Part shown: positions 52,020-64,000 of the stretch, in pieces
Position numbering within the stretch: the first letter of the stretch is position 1
Layout: each line of letters starts with the position of its first letter
Notes under the pieces: model-generated
What the model was told of the DNA's origin: nothing
Databases searched by the model: none
Seen by the model: only the letters and a program-made list of their open reading frames with translations
Position numbers and translations under genes: made by a program
From: Octopus vulgaris
Lineage: Eukaryota
Assembly (NCBI GenBank): GCA_951406725.2
Contig: OX597825.1
Coordinates: 17,670,001-17,734,000 of the forward strand
Length of the DNA: 64,000 nt
Direction of reading: 5' to 3'

Positions 52020-52635
52020 AGTTGTGGTGACACGATGAGGTAGCGAAAGGGCTAGATTAGAAATTGGGCGAAAAGTGGAGCCTAGGTAGAGGTAAGACAT
52101 AGTATAAGCACAAACGTCAGTGAGTGGGGGAGTCGGAGATCTGCATAATCCTTCTGAATTTCCGAATCCAAACAGATCAGGTGCTAGAACATAACAAACC
52201 GGACCTAGTGCTGGGGGACAAGGTGCACCACATGTATCGTATAATTGATGTTCCGTGCTCCTTGGACCCACGAATAGTCAAGAAGTAAGGTAAAAAAACA
52301 AACAAAAAAGTACATGTATACAATCCTCTTAAGCGAAAATATCACGACAATGGAAAATGAAGAAGGTGAATATAATGCCGATAATATTGGGCCCTTGGGG
52401 ACTCTGTCAGAAGGCAACAAGGAGGATATGAAGGAACTCGGAATAAAATACCCAGTAGAACTGTTAGAAAAGGTCTTCTTTTTTGGTACCGCCAGAATAA
52501 TCAGGCAAGTATTAGCTGAAAATAACAAATATCTTGGTACCGTATACTGCAGACAGCCAGCCCGCTACGCATGCAAGACTCCAGGAGTTCCAACAAAACC
52601 TGAGTTTAGAAGAAAAACAAAACATATAATAGTTA
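52020..52635 (+). mobile_element. R4/Dong-like non-LTR 3' end (restriction-like endonuclease)
   Basis: HDEVAK; TDQVLEHNKPDLVLGDK...IIDV..LDPRI..K; PIILGPLG; LEKVFFFGTARIIRQVL. Confidence 0.8.
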
Positions 52636-52639
52636 GAAG

Positions 52640-53365
52640 AAGATGTTGAGATGGAGGTCGAGGGGAGGAAGAAGAAGGAGGAGGAAGAAGGAGGAGAAGA
52701 AGAAGGAGGGGAAGGAGAAGAAAGAGGAGGGGAGGGGGAGAAGGAAAAAGAGGAGAAGAAGGAGGAGGAGAAGAAGGAGGAGGAGAAGAAGAAGAAAAAT
52801 AAGAAGGAGAAGCGGAAGAAGAGAAACAAGGAAAAAACAAGAAGAACGAGGAGGAGGAGGAGGAGGAGGAGAAGAAAGAGGGAGTGGAGGGGGAGAAGGA
52901 AGAGAAGAAGGAGGAGGAGAAGAAGAAGAAAAATAAGAAGGAGAAGCGGAAGAAGAGAAACAAGAAAAAAACAAGGAGGAGGAGGAGGAGGAGGAGAAAA
53001 AAAAAAGAAGAAGAAGAAAAACAAGAAAAATAAGAAAAACAAGAAGAAGAAGAAGAAGAAGAAGAAGAAGAAGAAGAAGAAGAAGGAGAAGAAGAAGAAG
53101 AAGAAAAACAAGAAGAAGAAGAAGAAGAAGATAAAGAAGAATAAGATAAAGAATAAAAAGAACAACAACAACAATAATTGTTCCTAACGTAGACGGCAAA
53201 AATAATAACCAAAGGAAACGACAATATAATAGAAACTGTAACACACGCAACAGCATCAGACACCATAACCAACAGCATTAGTAAGAAGACGAAGAGGAAA
53301 GAAAAAAAGAAGAATAAGAAGTAGACGGAGAAAAAGCAGCAGAAGCAGCCGAAGCAGCAGAAGAT
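52640..53365. repeat. Purine-rich (GAA/GGA) low-complexity tract with internal duplication
   Basis: Direct read; gaagaaaaataagaaggagaagcggaagaagagaaacaag occurs twice. Confidence 0.9.
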
Positions 53366-54532
53366 ACAGTTTTTTTTTCTTTACGATGCCTCGACTCACA
53401 ACTTTTTTCACATTCCAGTCGCTCAGTGTCTCCTGACTATTGAAATCAGTTCATTTCGAGGCAGTCACTAGTATTAAAAATACACTGCAGTAATTTTTAC
53501 TTTTTTCTTCAACCATTGAAGGGTGACTAAATTTTATTGCCTTATATATTCACTTTATATTATTCGAATGATGTGAAATTGAATTATTACACTTGCTTGC
53601 ACTCTGGTTTATTAAAACGTTTCTGCAAGCGACTCTGAATTTTGTTTTTCATTTTTTACAAATAATACTTTTTTTTTTATCCTTCTTCCCTCACCTCACA
53701 CACACATACACACAGCCCCTCTCTCTCTCTCCCTTCCTCTCTCTCCCGCTCTCTCTCTCTCTCTCTCTCTGTTTCTCTCTCTCTTACTTCTTCGTGCTTT
53801 GGTGAGGTATTCATTCATATGATTTATGGATCTCGAATTCTTAAATTAGAAATTACCACGCATATCAGAATTACAACGTCTCCCCCAGGATTTAACGATG
53901 TACAGATTACAGTGAACGTTTTTCTTTTTCTTCAGCTCCCAACCTCCACGATTACCTTTGAAATAAAAAGAACATTCGTAGCAGGAAATAAAGCAAGACT
54001 TCGTTTCGTAATTTGAATTAACAAAAGAATCAAAGTAACAAAATAACATTGTAAACTGTAATTTTACTTATCCGCTCTTGGATTCAGAACATAAATCTCT
54101 CCCATATGCATTTATCTGAGGCAATGCCCTTCTTAATTTCTCAATGCCGAAAGATCTTGCTTTGATTTGTAATTATTTTTTGCTAAATTATTTTTTAAGG
54201 TAATCTTATGTCCATCGTTATAATGCTTTGGCCCATGTTCAAAACAATGTACTGACTAACCACAAGGTCGTAATCTGTCTAATTAAACATTATGTAATGT
54301 TTTCTTCATTTTCTTATGAAGATTGAGTTTGGTTGGACTGCCACTACTAGCAGGTCGAGTACATGCTCCTTTATTACTATTGGTATTGCTTATCTCTGAA
54401 AAGAACAGCAGTACAGCAATAGCGGCGAGTATTAGTTTCGTATCCAATGCAATCTTTACATATAAATGTAAAACACTAGCATTTCATCAGTGGGAATGCA
54501 TAGTAGATTATATAGCAGATTACATCTCTATA

Positions 54533-54857
54533 TCCCAGACCGGGCGTTGTGAGTGTTTATTGGGCGAAAACACCTAAAGCTCCACGAGGCTCCGGCAGGG
54601 GATGGTGGCGATCCCTGCTGTACTCTTTCACCACAACTTTCTCTCACTCTTTCTTCCTGTTTCTGTTGTACCTGTATTTCAAAGGGTCGGCCTTGTCACT
54701 CTCTGTGTCACGCTGAATATCCCCCGAGAACTACGTTGAGGGTACACGTGTCTGTGGAGTGCTCAGCCACTTACACGTTAATTTCACGAGCAGGCTGTTC
54801 CGTTGGTCGGATCAACCGGAACCTTCATCGTCGTAACCGACGGAGTGCTTCCACCAC
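54533..54857 (+). mobile_element. 5'-truncated SINE-C with TSD
   Basis: Matches the 58507 copy from tcccagacc onward; acatctctata at 54522-54532 and 54858-54868. Confidence 0.92.
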
Positions 54858-55268
54858 ACATCTCTATAACCTGCCATACGGAATAAAGCTCAATGTATTT
54901 CCCCGACTGAACACCTTCATGGTATAATGTTTACAATTTACAATATGACTAACAGTGTTTCGATAATTTGACACAAGCACTTAGCAGGCGTATTCTTATG
55001 CATTCAATAAATAAATAAATAGACTCGGTGTTTTGTTTATTTTATATATAATACCGAATATTTATATTGCTCTGTTATGAACTAACGGTGCTTAGTTCTA
55101 TGATTGCTGTGTTGTTTTCGGCTTACCTGCTAATTAATTTTCTTATAGCAATGCTTTATTTATGCTGATTATATTTAAAAATTCGCTCGGAAACTTCATC
55201 AGCAGTGGCGGCGTGTAGATGAAATTAGTGGGGGTTCTGCTTCAGAAAATGTTTAGCCGTTGTTTTAA

Positions 55269-55639
55269 TCTCTCTATATATAAACGGCAGTTTGTCTGTG
55301 CGTGTTTCTGTGTGTATGTTTGCTTGTACCCTCACCCTGACCACGGCTTTCAACCGATTCTGATGAAACTTGACACACACATAGCCCAATGTCATAATTC
55401 AAAACTAACGCAGCGAAAATTTTGAAAAGTTCCCCCAGTTCTGAAAAAAGTCGATAAAATCGACATGGGGTCGAGAATCAGAAACAAACCACAGACTGTC
55501 TAGGGGACGCAACTCAACCTTTTTTAACTCAAAAAAAAATTTACCATCATTTTTTTCCTATTTTTTGGCTATAACTCTCTAAAAATGCTTTATAGTTATT
55601 TCCCTTACAAACCTGAGCAACGCCGGGCGATACTGCTAG
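55269..55639 (+). mobile_element. Non-autonomous Helitron
   Basis: A|TC...hairpin...CTAG|T; collinear with 21842-22224. Confidence 0.9.
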
Positions 55640-55959
55640 TATTGTATAAAAGGAAACAAACATAAAAAAAAAAAAAAAATTATGCATAAACTTGATCGGT
55701 TCACGTTTTAGCCAGTGTCAGTAAGTGTGTTTAATGTGTTCACTGAACACCGACGCGATTTCCACCTTGTTTTTTCTAACCCCATCCCCTTAAATCACAA
55801 AATAAGTGGGGTGCCTTATTTCTCAAATCTTGGTAGCAACACTGAAGCTGGAAGCAGGATAATAATCTAATTCTAGATTTTATATTATTCTAGAATAATA
55901 TAAACACGCTTTTAAGCACAACACACGCGGGGTCAAACTGAAACACTACCTTTCAATCG

Positions 55960-55978
55960 GCACTGTCATTCACGCAGT

Positions 55979-56033
<55 letters not shown>

Positions 56034-56420
56034 GGTGTGAAGCTTTCTATGTCGGACATGTGAGCATGCGCACAAAAGCCAAACATGCGTCACTGGAACT
56101 GCGAAGCGCACAATTCTATACAAGGAGTTTTGTATTATGTTCATAAACTAGGGGACGGCTTCTGACATTAAGCTTAAGGATTATATAATGTACAAATATA
56201 AAGAAAGAATTAAGGAAAAAAGGATTCATTATATTGAATGTTATCGATAATATTGAGTGGAAATAGCGGGGCAGCATTTCCGTAATTCCTATACACGAGC
56301 CGCCATTTTTCATCAGTCAATAGATATTTCACGACAAGTATTTGAAAGACCTCATAAATTACACACACACACGCACACACACACACACACACACTAACTG
56401 TTACGCGCGAGCAGCAGTTT
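55960..56420. promoter_or_regulatory. Possible promoter/enhancer: (CT)n, NRF1-like and YY1 motifs
   Basis: tgagcatgcgca at 56061-56072 (11/12 to TGCGCATGCGCA); gccgccatttt at 56299-56309; locally CpG-richer. Confidence 0.25.
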
Positions 56421-56869
56421 GCCGTATTTTATAAAGCGTTTTACGGTAAGACTTCGAAATTGGCAAACGTCAAACTTCCACTTTCCCCATGCATAGCATT
56501 AAACGTAACCATCAATAAAACTAGCATAGTTCTCTCAAGATTAAAATCACGGACAAAATTCTTTCTTCTGGGATAAATTTCTTCATTCTGTTTGTGTGGC
56601 AGCTGGGGCAGGAAGATCATGTCGAAGATTTAATCTAGTAGGTATGTCATGTTACAGAACAAAAGCTATGAATGGTGTGAAAGCTACGACCGAATTTACA
56701 AACGTTTTAGCCTGAACAATCTGTCAAGTAGCTGAGCGAGCAGCTAGTATCGTGTTTAGCCAAAGCTTGCCGACGTTTTAGTGTCTTATATGCAACTGGA
56801 GCAATTATTACCATGAATGATTATTACAATGAAGATTATTACAATGAATGATTGTAACAATTTGCATAT

Positions 56870-57011
56870 TACTCTTTTACTCTTTTACTTGTTTCAGTCA
56901 TTTAGCTGTGGCCATTCTGGAGCACCGGTTTTTAGTTGAGCAAATCGACCCCCAGGACTTATTATTTGTAGGCCTATTACTTATTCTATCGGTCTCTTTT
57001 GCCAAACCGCT
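56870..57011 (-). mobile_element. SINE-A 3' module
   Basis: actcttttactcttttacttgtttcagtcattt...ctatcggtctcttttgccaaaccgc. Confidence 0.88.
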
Positions 57012-57254
57012 TTATAAATGTGATTCAATTCTTTAAAAAGTTTCTTCAATATCAACTTCCGGTATTGACGCAGCAACTACCGCTACCTAGACACGTACAT
57101 ATATGTATAACCGTTTCTATTTCATTTCGGAACCCATGTTCTTGAGTATTAAAAGTAAGTATTGCTTTCTGAGAAATACAATTATCTTACACAAAAAGCA
57201 AGGCTATAAGTTTAGAACTCGTATGAAACAGGGTCCTGACTTCCTTTTCTCTTG

Positions 57255-57418
57255 GACTTACTTCCGTCTCTGTTTCTGAAGAAGAGCTTTGCTCGAAACT
57301 TAAAACTATATTTTGCTTCCTTCCCTGAGCGTCTGCTAATACTTTGCATGTACCACCTCCCCGCGTTTTTGTTTTCCTGTGGTCTTTCTTCGTTTTATTT
57401 GCACGGGCGTATTAACTA
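57255..57418 (+). mobile_element. Penelope-like pLTR fragment with minimal hammerhead core, adjoining (TA)n
   Basis: CTGAAGA-A-GAGC-TTT-GCTC-GAAAC at 57276-57299, then cctgagcg..ctaatac..ccacct as in the 43272 copy. Confidence 0.65.
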
Positions 57419-57430
57419 TATATATATATG

Positions 57431-57489
<59 letters not shown>

Positions 57490-57712
57490 AAGTGTGTATG
57501 TAAGTATGTATGTATGTATATATACGATCTTCTTGTATAGCAAAATTTCCCCTTCTCTAACCTCACGTTAATTTTTACGGCCCTCAACTTACATTTCTTA
57601 GTATTTTATTATTTTTATATTTTCCTTTAGATTCGTTTGCTTTTGATTATTTATGTGCGTATACAAACAACTCTCACACGCACAAATACACCGACACGCA
57701 AAAACAGATACT

Positions 57713-57755
<43 letters not shown>

Positions 57756-57849
57756 GAATACATACCTATTCACGCACATCCTCACACACAGAAACACACA
57801 TACCGTACTAGAAATACAGTCTTGGTGTGTTTTTGTACTCTTCCTAACT

Positions 57850-58045
57850 TTTGGCATAAGGCCAGTAAAGTTGAAATCGGTAACATAGACCCAATATTCA
57901 ATTGACATTTAGTATATCAACTCCATAAAGATGAAAAGCTAAGATAACCTCGGCAGAATTTGAACGCAGATCGTAAAGAGCTGGAAAAAAAATGCCTCTA
58001 ATCATATAGCCCGGTGCGCTAACAATTCTTCCACTCCGCCACCTT
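57850..58045 (-). mobile_element. Degraded old-tail SINE-B
   Basis: gatgaaaagctaagataacctcggcagaatttgaacgcaga...ccggtgcgctaacaattct. Confidence 0.7.
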
Positions 58046-58506
58046 TCGTGTATCTCCGTATTACTTCGTGCATATGTTGTGCGACTAGAAAAATTTTCTT
58101 TTAAACCAAGATCACAATTCTGAGGAGTGGCTTTGTCATTAATTGATTTATCAATAACATTCACCTTAACAGACAATTCACTGGAACAGTTACTTCAAAG
58201 CTGTCATTGTAATTCTTCCCTCTCCACCTTCTGTTTCCATCTTTTGTTAATGACTTCTAATTTATACCAATATTTCCCTCTCATTCCCCCCGTTCCCTCT
58301 ATGTTATATTTACTATTTCATTACATTTCCCAACTCTCTTTTAGTAATACACTATTATATAAAAGAAAAATGAATCGTCTTAAGATCAATCATTTGAAAC
58401 GGTTGTACTGGTAAAACTTTCGTTTAAACAGCATTAATATTATATAATATTTTGATTGTATCAGCAGCAGTGCTTCACTTATTCAGTGCAGGTTTAATAC
58501 AGTTAA

Positions 58507-58892
58507 GTGGAGGTGCAATGGCCCAGTGGTTAGGGCAGCGGACTCGCGGTCGTAGGATCGCGATTTCGATTCCCAGACCGGGTGTTGTGAGTGTTTATTG
58601 AGCGAAAACACCTAAAAGTTCCACGAGGCTCCGGCAGGGGATGGTGGTGATCCCTGCTGTACTCTTTCACCACAACTCTCTCTCACTCTTACTTCCTGTT
58701 TCTGTTGTACATGTATTTTCAAAGGGCCGGCCTTGTTACTCTCTGTGTCACGCTCAATATCCCCGAGAACTACGTTAAGGGTACACGTGTCTGTGGAGTG
58801 CTCAGCCACTTACACGTTAATTTCACGAGGAGGCTGTTCCGTTGATTCGGATCAACCGGAACCCTCGTCGTCGTAACCGACGGAATGCTTCC
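58507..58892 (+). mobile_element. Full-length SINE-C (tRNA head) with TSD
   Basis: A-box tggcccagtgg, B-box tttcgattccc; aatacagttaa / aatactgttaa at 58496-58506 and 58893-58903. Confidence 0.93.
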
Positions 58893-59064
58893 AATACTGT
58901 TAAATACTTCGGTACTCAAACCTATAAAACAAACAATGATATGCATTCGTGTATGATTTTTCTTTGAGCTGTTTGAAGTTCTTGAGAAAGTTCAAGTTGG
59001 CCGCTAACAAAGCGACAAGACTTTTTGAATTATGTATGTATAATTGTAAATATGTATGTATGTG

Positions 59065-59387
59065 TTCTCTTATTTGTTTCAGTCTCTTGACTGCGGTCAT
59101 GATGGAGCACCACCATTAGTCGAGCAAATCGACTCCAGGACTTATTCTTCGTAAGCCTAGTATTTATCAATCAATCTCTTTTTTCCAATCGCTAAGTTAC
59201 AAAGAGGTAAAAACACTAACATCAGTTGTCAAGCGATATTGGGGGGACAAACACAGACACTCAAACACACACACACACACACATACACACATACCTACAT
59301 ACATACATGCATACACACACACACGCGCGCATATATATATGTGTGTATGTGTGTATGTGTGTATATATATATAAGTATATATATATA

Positions 59388-59425
<38 letters not shown>

Positions 59426-59572
59426 TACGTGTATACGACGGGCTTCTTTCAGTTTCCGCCTACAAATTCCACTCACAAATTTTGGTTGGCCCGTGGCTAT
59501 AGTAGAAGACACTTGGCTAAGGTGCCACGCAGCAGGACTGAACCCAGAACCATGTGGTTGGTAAGCAAGCTA
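59065..59572 (-). mobile_element. SINE-A
   Basis: Reverse complement of the SINE-A head, internal microsatellite and tail. Confidence 0.9.
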
Positions 59573-59699
59573 TTTATTAAACTGTACGTTTATGAAGAAC
59601 TGAACTCATTAGACCGCAGAAGAGTCACGAGTGTTAAGTATGATTTGTCTGAACGCACAACGTTTTTAATGGGTCCTCCGTCTCGTGTGGGCAGTCATC

Positions 59700-59825
59700 A
59701 TATGTATATCTGTATGTATATACCTTTGCATGTATGAATGTATGTATGTATGAATGTATGTGTGTATGTGTGTATCTATGTGTATGTTGTTATGTATGAA
59801 TGTATGTGTGTGTATGTATGCATGG

Positions 59826-59858
<33 letters not shown>

Positions 59859-60312
59859 TATATGTATATATGTATGTCTGAATGTATGATATTCTGATAT
59901 AAATGTATGATATTCTGAATAAATACAAATAAAAATGGTGCTTAGCGTTATATTAAATAATTTCCGAAATTTACGCAGAAATACATGTATGTATGTATAT
60001 ATGTATGAATGCATGCACGCATGCATGCACGCACGCATGTATGTATGTATGTATGTATGTATGTATGTATGTATGTATGTATGTATGTATGCATGTATGT
60101 GTGTATGTATGTATGTATTTATGTATGTGTTTATGCATGTATGTATGTGTGTATATATGTATTTATGTATATGTGTATGTATGTATGTATGTATTTATGC
60201 ATGTGTGTATGTATATATGTATGTATGTATATATGTATTTATGTATGTGTGTATGTATGTATGTATGTATGTATTTATATATGTGTGTATGTATGCATGT
60301 ATGTATGTATAT
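59700..60312. repeat. (TATG)n-based microsatellite tracts
   Basis: Direct read. Confidence 0.9.
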
Positions 60313-61037
60313 TTCGTTTTTGGCATGCAACAACCTGCTGCGAAATCGTGCAATGAAACACATCTTTATGTATCTTGGGAGGGTTATGTTGATATGAAAC
60401 GCATCCACTGAATCGATTTCCCTCTTCATATTATTATTATTATTAGTCAACTAGTTAATTGTTGAAGCAATTGACTAATTGATGGCTTGATTAATCTTTC
60501 GGTCAATCTTTCAATCAAGCAGCCAGGATCGACAGAGCCTGTTCACCGCCATTCGTGACCTTATCTATAACATGCCTGCGCTGCCTGTTCTGTCTCTCCG
60601 TCTCCTAGCATTCAGATTATATTTATGGGTTTGTTAGGAAGAATGTGTGGAAAAGAGGGTTATGTGCGCGAGTATATTCTATAAGTGGTATGTGAGTGAG
60701 TACCTGTATGTGTGTGCATGTGTGTGTATGTGTGTGTGTGGGGGGGTACGTATGCGTGCTTGCCTTTGTATGTCTGTGTGGTGTTGGCTGTGAAAGCTGT
60801 GAGTGAAAGCTAATTGTCCTTTTTCAATTCTGTGGTTACTGACTTTGTGAATAGGGAGCGTATATGTTGGTGTGCGCGTCGTTGTGTGTGCGTGCGAGTA
60901 CATTCAAGTCCAGCTAATTTGTTTATTTATTTAGTTATTTATTTTATGTTTTATTGTGGGGATGGGCCAGTTCATATTACAGTTTTATGTTGCTCTTCGT
61001 CTTTCGTTTATTGTCAAGGAAAGAATGAATTTATATA

Positions 61038-61269
61038 TATTTCTTTACTACCCACAAGGGGCTAAACACAGAGTGGACAAACAAGGACAGACAGACGGAT
61101 TAAGTTGATTACATCGACTCAGTGCGTAACTGGTACTTATTTTATCGACCCCGAAAGGATGAAAGGCAAAGTCGACCTCGGCGGAATTTGAACCCTGAAC
61201 GTAACGGCAGACGAAATACGGCTACAAATGTCGCCCGGCGTGCTAACGTTTCTGCCAGTTCGTCGCCTT
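61038..61269 (-). mobile_element. Full-length SINE-B (new tail)
   Basis: Reverse complement of 15605-15836; tail abuts a short (TA)n. Confidence 0.93.
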
Positions 61270-61302
61270 GAAACAGAAATGCCGTTCCCACCAACATACT
61301 TT

Positions 61303-61381
61303 AGTCGATTTCCTCGACTAAAGGTGGTGCTTTAGCACGTCCGCAGCCAAATGACTGAAACAAGTAAAAGAGTAAAAGAGT
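61303..61381 (+). mobile_element. SINE-A 3' tail
   Basis: gtcgatttcctcgactaaaggtggtgc...aaatgactgaaacaagtaaaagagtaaaagagt. Confidence 0.85.
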
Positions 61382-61459
61382 TAAAAAAGTATACTTATGA
61401 TAATGTTGTGGATAATGTTGATCTGAAGAGGTATACTTAAGATACTATTATTTATTTTG

Positions 61460-61527
61460 TTGTGTGGACTCCCAAAAATCGTATAAGGACCCTCAGGGAC
61501 CATATGGTCTCCAGCTGAGAACCACTG
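61460..61527. mobile_element. hAT (Charlie-like) terminus
   Basis: ggaccc-type repeats then ccagctgagaaccactg; only one end seen. Confidence 0.4.
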
Positions 61528-61760
61528 GTTTAACATGTATATAACAGTGTCTGATTGATATCATACACGTCGAGCAATTTAATGCGAAGATGCATACGTG
61601 TGATGGCATACATCAGCAATATACAGCGGTTTGCATTTACATGTGGATTCGTATATGATCTCATATAGTTAGCGTGTTTGTTTGTGTTTGACAGAGAGAA
61701 AGTGAAACAGAGAGAGATGTGTGACTGTGTTCTGTGCATGTGTGAGATTATAAACTATGT

Positions 61761-62145
61761 GGTGGAAGCACTCCATCGGTTACGACGATGAGGGTTCCGG
61801 TTGATCCGAATCAACGGAACAGCCTGCTCGTGAAATTAACGTGTAAGTGGCTGAGCACTCCACAGACACGTGTACCCTTAACGCAGTTCTCCGGGATATT
61901 GAGCGTGACACAGAGAGTGACAAGGCCGGTCCTTTGAAATACAGGTACAACAGAAACAGGAAGTAAGATTGAGAGAAAGTTGTGGTGAAAGAGTACAGCA
62001 GGGATCACCACCATCCCCTGCCGGAGCCTCGTGGAGCTTCAGGTGTTTTCGCTCAATAAACACTCACAACGCCCGGTCTGGGAATCGAAATCGCGATCCT
62101 ATGACCGCGAGTCCGCTGCCCTAACCACTGGGCCATTGCGCCTCC
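61761..62145 (-). mobile_element. Full-length SINE-C with TSD
   Basis: ataaactatgt at 61750-61760 and 62146-62156. Confidence 0.93.
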
Positions 62146-62251
62146 ATAAACTATGTATGTGTGTGTGTGTAAAGATTAGTGCCTTTGATAAACAAACTCT
62201 TTTATTCTCTCATCATATGTGTCAATTCATTGTTTCACTGTCTATTCGATA

Positions 62252-62634
62252 TCTTTTATTTGGTTCAGTCAATATCACTGCGGCCATACTGGAGCACCGC
62301 ATTTAGTCGAAAAAATCGACCACAGGAATTATTCTTTGTGAGCCCAGTAATTATTGTATCGACCACTTTTGCCAAACCGCTAAGTTACGGGGATTTAAAC
62401 ACACCAACATCTGTTGTCAAACGATGATATGGGAACAAACACAGACACACAAACAAACTCACACGCATATACGACGGGCTTCTTTCAGTTTCCGCCTAAC
62501 AAATTCGCTCCTAAGGCTTTGGTCGGCCCGATGCTACAGTAGAAGACACATGCCTAAGGTGCCACGCAGTGGGACTGAACCCTTAACCATGTGGTTAGGA
62601 AGCAAGCTTCTTACCACACAGCCACTCCTGCGTC
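62252..62634 (-). mobile_element. SINE-A
   Basis: Reverse complement of full SINE-A. Confidence 0.9.
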
Positions 62635-62749
62635 TATTTGCAATCTATCAATATATTATTTTCCCTTCCATCTTCTTTGTTTTCTCTACTTTCATATAAC
62701 AAAATGTCTTTCTGCTTTCCTTTTCCATTTTATATCTAAAACAAAAAAC

Positions 62750-62970
62750 TTGTCAGTCCGCCTCATAGCGCCGGCGGACACAATAGAAGAAAGCGTTGCT
62801 CCGGAAGACGGCGAGGAAGACGCGCTGGAACAGAGGGATCGATCTTGCGGATAGCCATCTCTGCCCCAATGGCAATGAATTGAGATATATTCCAGGGCTG
62901 AGAACGCCAGAGGTCTCCATTGTCATATGCTCGACCACAAATGTGTCAGAGAGTGAAAATACACAAATAG
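62750..62970 (-). mobile_element. CRE-clade non-LTR retrotransposon C-terminal remnant
   Basis: EHMTMETSGVLSP...LG.R...LFQRVFLAVFRSNA resembles CRE RLE end P.A.ET.G..G...LFQR.SLA..RGNA. Confidence 0.55.
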
Positions 62971-62991
62971 GATAAAGTGATTGAACTTAAT

Positions 62992-63390
62992 AGGAGTGGC
63001 TGTGTGGTAAGTACCTTGCTTATGAACTACATGGTTCCGGGTTCAGTCCCACTGGGTGGCACATTGGGCAAGTGTTTTCTACTACAGCCTTGGGCCGACC
63101 AAAGCATTGTGAGTAGATTTGGTAAACGGAAACTGAAAGAAGCCCGTCGTATATATCTATGTATATATGTATGTGTGTGTGTGGATTTGTGTGTCTTTGT
63201 TTGCCCCCCCCCGCAACATCGCTTGACAACCGATGCTGGTGTGTTCACGTCCCCGTAACTTAGCGGTTCGGCAAAAGAGACCGATAGAATAAGTGCTAGG
63301 CTTACAAACAATAAGTCCTAGGGTCGACTTGCTCGACCAAAGGCGGTGCTCCAGCATGGCCACAGTCAAATGACTGAAACAAGTAAAAGA
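62992..63390 (+). mobile_element. Full-length SINE-A
   Basis: Collinear with the other SINE-A copies. Confidence 0.93.
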
Positions 63391-63573
63391 TTAAATGGTC
63401 CCAAATACTGACACGCGTACCTTCCCACACGCAGCGATGATAATGACACTAACAATAAAAAAGAAAAAATGAACGTTTCCCTACTCACAGCCTTCGCAGA
63501 GTACACACAACACACATTTCAACAACCACCCACACACATAGTCAGAACACCATCTTTAGTCTTGGTCATAGAA

Positions 63574-63644
<71 letters not shown>

Positions 63645-64000
63645 GTTATTTTGTGACTCACGTGGTAAAAAGTTCTGGAGGGAAATACGAATTCACTTGT
63701 CTATATAAATGTGGATATGCTGATTAGGTTCTGTATGTTCCGACGTCGCTTGATCGGAAATATAGGAGGTATGATTTCCTAGCATTTCTAGATTTATTTA
63801 TCGGAATATTATGTTGACGAAGGAAATGAATCTTTGATTCTAATCCTGAAACGTGCGTCCATAATTGACCGTGGACCGTTTGATTTCGTTATTTTTCTTC
63901 TGTTTTTGCCATATAATGAGTTACAAATACTGTTGTCTGTGGAGACATATTTTTGCAGTAAAAGGAAATAGCAGTCCTCTGGGTGCTATTTCTAAAACTT

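Noticed and set aside
52512-53278. Long K/E/R-rich and F/L/S-rich ORFs
   Set aside because: Purine-rich simple-repeat tract, open in most frames by composition.
58507-58580. tRNA gene (also the heads of SINE-A and SINE-B)
   Set aside because: A and B boxes continue into a multicopy SINE body with TSDs; no complete cloverleaf seen.
62753-62938. GC-rich ORF as a host exon
   Set aside because: Better explained as a CRE-type retrotransposon C-terminus; no clear splice sites.

Overview
AT-rich eukaryotic non-coding DNA (intergenic or a large intron), full of microsatellites and transposable elements. The repeat content points to a coleoid cephalopod, most likely Octopus; this is an inference, not a database match. 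No intact host protein-coding gene is visible: nearly all listed ORFs are microsatellite or TE artefacts. Recognisable content: three tRNA-headed SINE families (called A, B and C here); three non-autonomous Helitrons; Tc1/mariner relics (DD34D, DD36E, DD41D); pogo/Tc2-type and telomere-repeat-bearing MITEs; a decayed hAT; 3' ends of RTE, R4/Dong, CRE and possibly NeSL/Utopia non-LTR elements; and Penelope-like fragments with minimal hammerhead cores lying in (TA)n tracts. Best candidates for something undescribed: (1) a U6 snRNA copy fused directly to the SINE-A 3' tail, i.e. a U6 chimeric retrogene or U6-headed SINE; (2) one recurrent junction at which SINE-B copies stack into their own family; (3) a cluster of hammerhead-bearing fragments in (TA)n tracts; (4) a 94-bp-arm fold-back. 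All alignments and counts were done by eye, and family names come from motif recall.
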